From assembly GCA_044225505.1 (NCBI GenBank), contig JBGAIN010000008.1, positions 1-64,000 of the forward strand: a DNA stretch of 64,000 bases, written 5' to 3'. The translations under genes were made by a program, and so were the position numbers. The stretch's first letter is position 1, and every line of letters begins with the position of its first letter. Below are positions 9,977-17,971 of the stretch, one piece after another. The notes under the pieces were generated by a model. It was not told the DNA's origin and did not search any database. It worked only from the letters and a program-made list of their open reading frames with translations. This DNA is from Limisphaerales bacterium. GTDB taxonomy: Bacteria > Verrucomicrobiota > Verrucomicrobiia > Limisphaerales > SIBE01.

Positions 9977-10384
9977 TCAGGGATGAACTGGCGGGTCCCC
10001 GGCCGGTGCGGGAGGGGACAGTGCAGGGATTGGATAACGGTCCAGGAAAGCCTCAAAACCTGCCCGTTGCTCTGGAGTGAGCACGGCGGAGATTTCCTGT
10101 CGAGCGCGATTGATAATCGCCTGGGCACGCGGTTGGGAATCCCGTCGCAAATCCATAAGTTCCGTCCGAGTTCGGATCAAGACGCGACGTAATTCTGCCT
10201 GCTGGTGGGGGTCTAACCGGAGAGAGCGGGTCAGACGTCGTTCGATCTGAGGTTGGAGCCGTTCGGGGTGGGTGAGGACGGTTCGCACGATCTGGCGTGT
10301 GATCACACGCGTGACAAAAGCGCCGCTAGCAAAGCCGGCGATGAACACGAGAGCAATGGCGAGGCAGGCCTTCCACGATTTCAT
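9977..10384 (-). CDS. Membrane-anchored periplasmic helical protein (Spy/ZraP/CnrX-like heavy-metal-sensor fold)
   Basis: N-terminal TM helix (LVFIAGFASG), LRLDPHQ and LTPEQ motifs; last gene of the ECF operon. Confidence 0.65.
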   Translation of the reverse strand: MKSWKACLAIALVFIAGFASGAFVTRVITRQIVRTVLTHPERLQPQIERRLTRSLRLDPHQQAELRRVLIRTRTELMDLRRDSQPRAQAIINRARQEISAVLTPEQRAGFEAFLDRYPIPALSPPAPAGDPPVHP

Positions 10385-10385
10385 A

Positions 10386-10685
10386 CTAGAGGTTAATTTC
10401 GGAAGGGAACCATTGATTCGAGATTTGGAGTACCCCCGCGCTGATTTCGGGCCCGTGCAGGTTCGTCAGCATCAGGTCGCCGGCAAAACAAAGGACGACG
10501 ATGAACCCTGTGCCCCATGCGACTTTGGGGAAGAACTGATTCAATTGCTCGAAGAGTCCAGGCAGCTCCGTGCGAGATTCACGCTGCAGTTGCTGAAGGA
10601 TTTTCTGCTCCAAATTCCCGGAGACCGCGGCTGGCGGCTGGGCGCGCGCGGCCGCGAAGAGTTTATTAAGTTTCTGATCGTCCAT
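10386..10685 (-). CDS. Putative single-TM anti-sigma factor
   Basis: Overlaps the 3' end of the ECF gene; short N-terminal domain (LNKLFAAAR) followed by one hydrophobic helix. Confidence 0.65.
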   Translation of the reverse strand: MDDQKLNKLFAAARAQPPAAVSGNLEQKILQQLQRESRTELPGLFEQLNQFFPKVAWGTGFIVVLCFAGDLMLTNLHGPEISAGVLQISNQWFPSEINL

Positions 10686-11247
10686 GGGTTTGCTGTTCCA
10701 AGGCAAGAAGCGCCTTTTTGAGTTTACTCCGAGCGCGCATGGCCCGGACGCGGACGGCGACGCTCGAAGATCCGGTTAGTGCACAAATCTCCTTGATGCT
10801 GCGGCCCTCCAGTTCCTGAAGCGTGATCACGAGACGTTCTTGTGGAGACAACCGACCCAGGGCGTAGTCCAGCAACTCGCGCGCGCCGCTCGCGGCGAGC
10901 TCAGATCCAGAACCGTCCGGGCGCAGCCAGTCGAGCGCGTCCTCGCCCAATTCTGGGAACCCGACTTCGTGACGCTGCCGCTTGGCGCGGCGCAAGTGGT
11001 CCAAGGCGACATGAACGGCGATGCGGCTGATCCAATGTTGCAGGGGCGCCCGGCCGTCAAAGCGATCGAGCGCCCGCCAGACTTTGACGAACGTTTCCTG
11101 AGCAAGGTCTTCGAGGCGGTGCGCGTCTTTCTCATACCGGGAGAGCAAAGCGACGACAAACGATTGGTGCTGCCGGACGATTTCAGCGAACTCGTCCGGC
11201 GCACCGTTTCGAATACGTTCCACCAATTCGGCATCACTGCCTTTCAT
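10666..11247 (-). CDS. ECF (sigma-70 group 4) RNA polymerase sigma factor
   Basis: SDAELV, EDLAQETFVKVWRALDRF, WISRIA (region 2); LSPQERLVITLQELEGRSIKEI...VRVRAMRARSKL (region 4). Confidence 0.92.
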   Translation of the reverse strand: MKGSDAELVERIRNGAPDEFAEIVRQHQSFVVALLSRYEKDAHRLEDLAQETFVKVWRALDRFDGRAPLQHWISRIAVHVALDHLRRAKRQRHEVGFPELGEDALDWLRPDGSGSELAASGARELLDYALGRLSPQERLVITLQELEGRSIKEICALTGSSSVAVRVRAMRARSKLKKALLALEQQTHGRSET

Positions 11248-11322
11248 TCGGTGCTGGCCCGTGGATCATTTCAGCGTTTGGCGCGGGCACTTGCGCGGAG
11301 GCGCGGCCCACTCTAGCGCGTG

Positions 11323-11796
11323 TTAGTCAGCCGGCCAATCGCCAATTTGGCGGATTACATGGTCGATCCAGTCATCCAGGCATTGCAGAAGGCGCTGCAC
11401 TTCTTCGCGTTGGTCAGGCGTCAGGATCGGGCTGATCTTTTGATAGAGATGCCATCGTTCCACGGCAATGTCCGCTTCCGCCGCGGCGACCTCCGCAGAC
11501 GCTGCGCGGACCGAGGTTTCTGTTGCTTCGGGACTTTGGATCGTTTCCCGAAGATCGATTCGAGTGTCGTGTAATCGGTCGAGCAGTTTGATCAAGATCT
11601 CTTTGTCGGCGGTGATTACAGCCTTGATCCCGTTGATCTGCGAGGGCGTGAGCCCCAGATGTTCTTTGGCACGTTGCACGAGAAAGCCACGGAGAGGGCG
11701 TTTGCCAGGGTCTGCAGCCTGAACGTGAACGGTGAATGCGGCTCCCACAGTTAGCGCGAAAGCAAGCATGTAACTGACAGATTTTAGTTTCTTCAT
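11323..11796 (-). CDS. Spy/CpxP family periplasmic chaperone
   Basis: Signal peptide ending VQA; LGLTPSQ and ILTPDQ LTXXQ motifs. Confidence 0.8.
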   Translation of the reverse strand: MKKLKSVSYMLAFALTVGAAFTVHVQAADPGKRPLRGFLVQRAKEHLGLTPSQINGIKAVITADKEILIKLLDRLHDTRIDLRETIQSPEATETSVRAASAEVAAAEADIAVERWHLYQKISPILTPDQREEVQRLLQCLDDWIDHVIRQIGDWPAD

Positions 11797-11807
11797 AGCA
11801 CCTTCTC

Positions 11808-11837
11808 ATACGAAAGGAGCCGCAAGGATGTTACAAC
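11808..11837 (-). promoter_or_regulatory. ECF-type promoter (-35 TGTAAC, 17-nt spacer, -10 CGTAT) for the Spy-ECF operon
   Basis: Minus strand reads GTTGTAACATCCTTGCGGCTCCTTTCGTATG just upstream of the Spy start; matches the generic ECF AAC/CGT pattern. Confidence 0.65.
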
Positions 11838-11977
11838 GGTCTGAAGCGAGGTGCTGGCAGGAATCAAAAACGTAGTCAACGGCAGTCCAGGACCTCGCTA
11901 CGCAGTTGCGTCCTACTGGGGGATCAGCGTATTCTTTGCGGACCGAGTATTCGGATTCCGTTGGCATGAGGTATTCT

Positions 11978-12859
11978 ATGAAGAGGATTGTTCTTGCGGT
12001 CGTTGCGGCGCTGCTCTGCCTCCAAGTTTGCTTTGCGGCCAGTGCATTCACGGGGACTTTCAAGAGCAAGGAGGGAACTATCGTCTTAAATGAGGTTGCC
12101 CCTGGCAAATTCACCGGCCAGTTCGTCGCGAACGGCCAGACCCTGGCGTTTACGGCCCAGGAAAAAGGAGGGGCGTTGAGCGGTGCCTTGAACTTGGCGG
12201 ACGAAAATCTTGACTTCCGTATGACTTTGAAGGGGCGCCAGTTGACTCTGGTCTTGGAAGATGAATCGAGTGTGTTCACAAAGGACGAGAGCCCGTCGAG
12301 CTCTGCCTCCACCGCGCCCGAGGCTCGCAGCAGCGATGTCAAAGCGACTTCGACATCACGCGCCGAGAAGGCGCACACCCTTCGCGTCAACGGCGTCGAC
12401 ATTGACGATAAGACCGTGCGGAAGTTCGAGCGTGAGAATCGGGTCAAGTTGCCTCAAGGCGACTTTTGGTATGACAAGGGCTCGGGCGCATGGGGCGTGA
12501 GTGGCGGCCCCACGATAGGTTTCACTGCCCCAGGGATAGTGTTGGGAGGACCTCTGGCGGCGGACGCTTCTCGCGGAGATACCGGAGTCTTTATAAACAA
12601 TCGCGAGTTGCCTCAGCAAGATGTTGCGGGTCTGCAACAACTGGGCGTGCCCGTCCAACGAGGCCGCTGGTGGGTTGATAATCGCGGGAATTTCGGAGTT
12701 GAGGGCAACCCCGCCACCGTTGGTAATCTGTTCCAGTTCAGCCAGAGCAAAGGGGGTGCCTACCAACGGGCGACCGCGGGTGGTTATATCGGCGGCGACG
12801 GCCGCACGAGTTATTTCTTCGATCCCAAGTCCGGTAGCAGCGTGATGGTGGGGAACTGA
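11978..12859 (+). CDS. Secreted hypothetical protein; C-terminal domain resembles the plant XLG/EDR4 domain
   Basis: Signal peptide MKRIVLAVVAALLCLQVCFA; Ser/Thr linker; VNG...GDFWYD..SGAWG..GGP...ASRGDTGVFINNREL motif series. Confidence 0.75.
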   Translation: MKRIVLAVVAALLCLQVCFAASAFTGTFKSKEGTIVLNEVAPGKFTGQFVANGQTLAFTAQEKGGALSGALNLADENLDFRMTLKGRQLTLVLEDESSVFTKDESPSSSASTAPEARSSDVKATSTSRAEKAHTLRVNGVDIDDKTVRKFERENRVKLPQGDFWYDKGSGAWGVSGGPTIGFTAPGIVLGGPLAADASRGDTGVFINNRELPQQDVAGLQQLGVPVQRGRWWVDNRGNFGVEGNPATVGNLFQFSQSKGGAYQRATAGGYIGGDGRTSYFFDPKSGSSVMVGN

Positions 12860-12979
12860 GCGGGCGATCCTGTCCGGTTTGTTCGGCCGATCCGCCATTG
12901 GGGGGAAGTTCCTGGTGGCTCTTCATGACGGCTTAATGGGGGGCGTGCGAAGGTGGCGTCGGTCAAACGACCATGACGC

Positions 12980-15304
12980 ATGAACCTTTACAGACGATTG
13001 CTTAACTTGGGTGCCGTTTGCTTACCGATAGCGATCCAGTGCTTGGGCGCAGACGCCGAAATTCGAGTGGCTAACTCTGGATCGAGCCCATCGATCCTCG
13101 TTCAGGGTGCCGAAGATGACGAATGGAGATTTCAGGTTTCGGACGATCTGATCCTTTGGACCAACGCCCCGGCCTACGGAACGGTGTTTTCGTCCAAGAC
13201 CCCGACTCAATCATTGAGCTTTTCAACCGAGGCGAAGCCATTCCAGTTCCTGCGCGCCGTCAAAGCGAAAGGATTGTTCGACGTCAATTTGCTCCGGACA
13301 GTCAGCCTTACCTTTTCCAACGCAAATTGGGCCACCCTTTTGGCAAATGGTCGCACGACTGGCTCCAATGTCCCGGCGGTGCTTCAGCTGGACAATGGGG
13401 TGTCAGTGACCAATGTCGGGGCGCGATATAAAGGGAATACTTCTTACACTCAAGGCGGAGCGAAGAAGTCGGTCAACCTGGACATTAACTGGACCGATCC
13501 CGATGCGCGGGTGTTAGGGTATCGTGCGGTCAATCTCAACAATGCGGCGGGTGACGAGACGATCATGAGAGAGCCGCTGTATTTCGAGGTGATGCGCGAA
13601 TACGCGCCCTCCCCGCACGGATCGTTAGCCCGGTTGATGATCAACGGCGAGTATTGGGGCGTTTACTCAATGGTCGACCAGATCAACAACGACCTGGTCG
13701 ATCAATGGTTTCCCAGTCATGAGGGTGACCGATGGCGCGCGCCCAACACCGGTGGGGGAACGGCAGGCGGCACTGCGACTGGGACGGGCGGGCCAGGTAG
13801 AGGGATTCCAGGGGGAGGTGGTGGTGTTCCGGGCGGCGGCGGTGGCTTTGCCAGCGCGGCTTCGGCATTCAGTTACTTGGGAGCGTCGGTGGCGAGTTAC
13901 ACGAATAACTACGAACTGAAGTCGGATAACTCCACAAATGCGTGGGAACACTTGGTGCATGCAATTGACGTTCTGAATAACACCGCGACCACGGAGCTCA
14001 GGGATAAAGTCGAGGACGTATTCGCGGTGGATCGTTGGCTGTGGTTCCTCGCCGTTGAGAACGTATTTGTCGATGACGACAGTTATTGGAACAAAGGGGC
14101 GGACTACGCTTTCTACTACGAACCGGAAACGGGCCGCATTCACCCGGTTGAGCACGATGGGAACGAGTCATTCACCGCCGCCGCGGGCGAGAACTACAGC
14201 CTGTCACCGGTCGAAGGGGCCACCGGCACGAATCGGCCGTTGCTCTACAAGTTCTTGCCGATCACCGAACTCCGGCAGCGTTATCTCGCTCATATGCGGA
14301 CCGTTCTCGAAGAAAAGTTTCAACCCGCCCAGCTGACGCCGATCATCGACGGTTTCCATCATTTATCGGTGGCGGCGATTGTAGCGGACCCAAAGAAAAG
14401 CTACACGATGGCGAGCTATACGAACGACCTTGTGGCTCTGAAAACTTATGTGACGAACCGTTACAACTTTCTCATCAGCCACGCTGAACTGACCCCCAAA
14501 CCGCCAACAATCACCGCTGTGCATGGGCCGGCAACGAATCCTGCTCCCTCCGACGTTCCAACAATTACCGCTGAGGTGAAGGCGAATGACGGCGCTGGCT
14601 TGGACTCGGTTTGGCTATACTGGCGCGAAAAGAACTACGGCCGGTTTGATCGGGCGCAGATGTGGGACGATGGCGCTCACGGCGACGGCCTGGCCAATGA
14701 TGGGATTTACGGAGGAACCACAGCCGCGTTCCCGGGCGGACACAAGGTGCACTATTACGTGGAAGCGCGCGCCGCCAACGCGGCCAAGGCAGCTGCCTTC
14801 TCGCCAGCGCGGGCCGAGGAGGAGACGTTCAGCTATGAAGTCAGCCTGGCTTACGCCAGCAGTTCGCCCGTGGTGATCAACGAAATCTTGGCACAAAATG
14901 GTAAGACGCTGGCCGATTCTCAGGGAGAGTTTGATGACTGGATTGAGCTGCGGAACCTCACCGCCGCGGACATCGACTTGACGGGCTACTACCTGTCGGA
15001 TGACCCAGACAAACCGCGAAAGTGGCAGTTCCCAGAGGGGACTCGAATTTCAGCCAATAGTTACCTGCTCGTTTGGGCTGACGAAGACGTAGCGGATACC
15101 CCTGGGCTGCACGCTAACTTCAAGTTGTCGGCTGATGGAGAGCAAGTTCTGTTGGTCAGTCCCGATAGCACAGCCAACATCGTTCTGGACTCCGTGACGT
15201 TTGGCGTGCAAACAACGGATCGGTCGTACGGCCGGCTGCCTTCGGACACGAGCCGCTTCGGGACCATGTTGCCGACGCCACGGACCGCCAACGTCGAGCC
15301 TTAG
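12980..15304 (+). CDS. CotH kinase family protein with a DDG..D..A.DG.Y motif and C-terminal lamin-tail (LTD) domain
   Basis: RYKGNTS, NLNN, MREPL, INGEYWGVY, DDDSY, HDGNESF; MWDDGAHGDGLANDGIY; VVINEILAQN...DWIELRN...DLTGYYLSD...NFKLS...TPRTAN. Confidence 0.9.
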   Translation: MNLYRRLLNLGAVCLPIAIQCLGADAEIRVANSGSSPSILVQGAEDDEWRFQVSDDLILWTNAPAYGTVFSSKTPTQSLSFSTEAKPFQFLRAVKAKGLFDVNLLRTVSLTFSNANWATLLANGRTTGSNVPAVLQLDNGVSVTNVGARYKGNTSYTQGGAKKSVNLDINWTDPDARVLGYRAVNLNNAAGDETIMREPLYFEVMREYAPSPHGSLARLMINGEYWGVYSMVDQINNDLVDQWFPSHEGDRWRAPNTGGGTAGGTATGTGGPGRGIPGGGGGVPGGGGGFASAASAFSYLGASVASYTNNYELKSDNSTNAWEHLVHAIDVLNNTATTELRDKVEDVFAVDRWLWFLAVENVFVDDDSYWNKGADYAFYYEPETGRIHPVEHDGNESFTAAAGENYSLSPVEGATGTNRPLLYKFLPITELRQRYLAHMRTVLEEKFQPAQLTPIIDGFHHLSVAAIVADPKKSYTMASYTNDLVALKTYVTNRYNFLISHAELTPKPPTITAVHGPATNPAPSDVPTITAEVKANDGAGLDSVWLYWREKNYGRFDRAQMWDDGAHGDGLANDGIYGGTTAAFPGGHKVHYYVEARAANAAKAAAFSPARAEEETFSYEVSLAYASSSPVVINEILAQNGKTLADSQGEFDDWIELRNLTAADIDLTGYYLSDDPDKPRKWQFPEGTRISANSYLLVWADEDVADTPGLHANFKLSADGEQVLLVSPDSTANIVLDSVTFGVQTTDRSYGRLPSDTSRFGTMLPTPRTANVEP

Positions 15305-15390
15305 CGATTCGATTGGTAAGGCCGGAACGGTCCGGCAAAAACGGGTGGTATCGCGGTGTCGTCTGAGAGCCCACCTATCTGAGCTCGGAA

Positions 15391-16764
15391 GTGGCGCTAG
15401 GGCAACCGAGTTTTCCTTATCTTGCCACCCAGCGGAATTTCTGGCACAACGGTCGAGTGAGTTGTCAGCGTCAGCGTCACCTGGTCTCGTCGTCCTTGGC
15501 CTTTGGGCACCGTGCTTGCACCTTGGCATGCGTCATTGCCGCTTTGGTTGCCTGGGCGCGTCTCGCGTCCGGGGCTGTCGGGCAAACCACGGATGTCTTT
15601 GACGAAGAACTGAGTGGGTATCACCGCACGACTGCCACCGGGGCTGTCGCTGCGCTGGAAAAGCGACTGGATGCGGGCACCGCTTCTCTGGAGACCGATG
15701 CGACGCACGGTTACCTCATGGCTCTACTCCGCGAGCTGAACATCTCGCCATCGTCGCAACTGCTCGTGGCATCAAAAACGTCGCCGAACCGGCATCTGAT
15801 CTCGCCTAAGAATCCCCGCGCGCTCTATTTCAGCGATCAGGCGGCGGTGGCTTACGTGCCGGGCGCTCCGTTGCTGGAAGTTGCTGCCACCGACGCTAAG
15901 TTGGGAGTTGTCTTTTACACGCTCGACCAGAAAGCCGTTCCGCGACCTCGTCCAGTGCGAGACGATCGGTGTCTCGAATGCCATGCTTCGGCCAAGACCT
16001 TGGATATCCCCGGTTTCCTGGTGCGCTCGTTTCGAACGGACGATGATGGCGAAGTGGATCTCTTAAGTGGGCGCATGATTAACCACCGCACGCCCATCGC
16101 GCTGCGTTGGGGCGGATACTACGTGACGGGAACCCATGGAACCCAGGTGCATTTGGGGAATCTTTTTGGGGCGGAGGCGCGGACGCGCCACGATCTGAAC
16201 CCCGGCGTGAATGGCAATGTGACGAACCTGACCTCGTTCCTTGATGTCAGCAAGTTTCCGGAGCCTGGAAGTGACATTGTGGCGCTCCTCGTTCTCGATC
16301 ACCAGGTCCATATGCTGAACCTGTTGACGCGCCTAAGTTACGAGACGGTGGCGGCCACGCGCCGTGGGGATGATCTAAAACCGATTTACCCAGCGACGGA
16401 AGCGGTGCTCAAATACATGCTATTTACGGATGAAGTCCCACTGGGGTCGCCAGTGCGGGGCACTTCTCGTTTCGCACAGTGGTTTGAAAGTGCCGGTCTG
16501 AAAGATAAGCAAGGTCGATCTCTGCGTCAGTTCGATCTGCAAACGCGGCTCTTTAAGTATCCGTGCAGCTACATCCTTCAAAGTCCCGGATTTGAAAGCC
16601 TGCCGGCCGCGGCCAAGAAACATCTTTGGCGTCGTCTTTGGCAGATTCTCACGAACGAAGATTTAACTCCGGAATACCAACGTCTTCCTCTCGAGATGAA
16701 ACGGGCCATCCAGGAAATTCTGATTGCGACACAGCCAGACCTTCCTGCGTATTGGCGACTTTGA
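15391..16764 (+). CDS. Exported hypothetical protein with one CxxCH motif (PVC-type cytochrome c-like); start may be GTG at 15457
   Basis: 457-aa ORF; SQLLVASKTS, NPRALYF, CLECH, RWGGYYVTG, SDIVALLVLDHQ, GRSLRQFDLQTRLFKYPCSY. Confidence 0.7.
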   Translation: MALGQPSFPYLATQRNFWHNGRVSCQRQRHLVSSSLAFGHRACTLACVIAALVAWARLASGAVGQTTDVFDEELSGYHRTTATGAVAALEKRLDAGTASLETDATHGYLMALLRELNISPSSQLLVASKTSPNRHLISPKNPRALYFSDQAAVAYVPGAPLLEVAATDAKLGVVFYTLDQKAVPRPRPVRDDRCLECHASAKTLDIPGFLVRSFRTDDDGEVDLLSGRMINHRTPIALRWGGYYVTGTHGTQVHLGNLFGAEARTRHDLNPGVNGNVTNLTSFLDVSKFPEPGSDIVALLVLDHQVHMLNLLTRLSYETVAATRRGDDLKPIYPATEAVLKYMLFTDEVPLGSPVRGTSRFAQWFESAGLKDKQGRSLRQFDLQTRLFKYPCSYILQSPGFESLPAAAKKHLWRRLWQILTNEDLTPEYQRLPLEMKRAIQEILIATQPDLPAYWRL

Positions 16765-16773
16765 AGGATCGTA

Positions 16774-16804
16774 GTTGTAACAGAGCCGTAGTCATGGGCG
16801 TATG
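16774..16804 (+). promoter_or_regulatory. Second copy of the ECF-type promoter GTTGTAACA-N16-CGTATG
   Basis: Same 9-nt and 6-nt boxes with the same spacing as the promoter at 11807-11837. Confidence 0.55.
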
Positions 16805-17767
16805 CGTGAAATCCTCTGTAGCCGCGCTTTGCGGCTAACCTCCGTTTGGCGGATTCTTGGGATACTGATGTTTGCGCCCATCTGGGCGGCGGCGGCAGTC
16901 TCCGGCACGGGGGCGGTCCCAGCCAATGACCAAATATTCCACTGGTACCCGTTCCTCGCTCCGTTCCATGCGGTTGTGTTACACCTGCCGATCGGGTTCT
17001 TAACCATCGCCTTCATCCTCGAGATTTACCGGATGATACGACCGAGCGAAGAGTTGAACCGAGTGGTTCGGTTGGTGATCTGGGTCAGTTTGTTGAGCGG
17101 CATCGTGACGGCAAGTCTCGGTATCCTACGGGCTCAGGGAGGTGGCTACGAAGCGCATGCGGTCGAGTGGCATCGCTGGAGCGGCATCGCGGTCCCGGCA
17201 TGCACGTTGCTGACCTTGGTCGTGCAGGGACGCGCTTATCGCGGTCGCAGCGGTCTGACGACTTTTGCCTATCGCCTATCGCTTCTGGGAACGCTCTTTC
17301 TCCTCGTTGTGGCAGGGCATTTGGGAGGTAATCTAACCCATGGCGCAGGATATCTGGTGGAAAATGCACCTGCGTTCCTTCGCGACTTGCTCGAACGGAC
17401 CCGCCCGGCTGTCCCGGTGCAAGCGGCAGCCCCCCAGCCTCAGGGCGGGGTCTATGCGGAAAAGGTCGCTCCGGTATTAAAAGCCAAGTGCTACCAGTGC
17501 CACGGTCCGGAAAAGCAAAAGGGAGGTTACCGCCTGGACCAGCCGGAACTCGCCATGAAAGGCGGTGAGAGCGGAAAACCCGGCATCGTTCCTGGGGATG
17601 TGTTAGGCAGCAACCTGGCCCGAATGATCCTTTTACCCCCTGACCACGACGACGTCATGCCCCCCAGCGGCAAGGAATCACTCAAGTCTGAAGAGCTGAT
17701 AAGTGTCATTGAGTGGATACGCGGAGGTGCGGTGTTTGGTCCCGAACCCAAGCCATCACCTCGGTAG
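16802..17767 (+). CDS. DUF2231-like membrane domain fused to a planctomycete-type cytochrome c domain; true start possibly 16829 or 16868
   Basis: FHAVVLHLPIG, EWHRWSG, AGHLGGNLTHG (His-containing TM helices); VAPVLKAKCYQCHG...GGYRLD...MPP...WIRGGA. Confidence 0.85.
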   Translation: MREILCSRALRLTSVWRILGILMFAPIWAAAAVSGTGAVPANDQIFHWYPFLAPFHAVVLHLPIGFLTIAFILEIYRMIRPSEELNRVVRLVIWVSLLSGIVTASLGILRAQGGGYEAHAVEWHRWSGIAVPACTLLTLVVQGRAYRGRSGLTTFAYRLSLLGTLFLLVVAGHLGGNLTHGAGYLVENAPAFLRDLLERTRPAVPVQAAAPQPQGGVYAEKVAPVLKAKCYQCHGPEKQKGGYRLDQPELAMKGGESGKPGIVPGDVLGSNLARMILLPPDHDDVMPPSGKESLKSEELISVIEWIRGGAVFGPEPKPSPR

Positions 17768-17971
17768 GTTCCGAAGAGTAATCCGCTCGGTCGGAGTTTC
17801 TCCCAGAAGTGAGCTAATCACCAAGGGTTCCCCCTAGTCGGAAATCCGAAAGCACCTCAATTGCGGCATCAGAGGCAGCGGGTATTCTGTCGCAACCTGT
17901 TGACCGGGGCTCTTGGGAGGGCTTAGTCCGCTCGAGGTTGGCTCAATAGGTGGTCCGCCGCGAAAAACCCT

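Noticed and set aside
13740..13860. Gly-rich low-complexity insert in CotH
   Set aside because: Gly/Pro-rich loops are common in CotH-family proteins and the frame is intact
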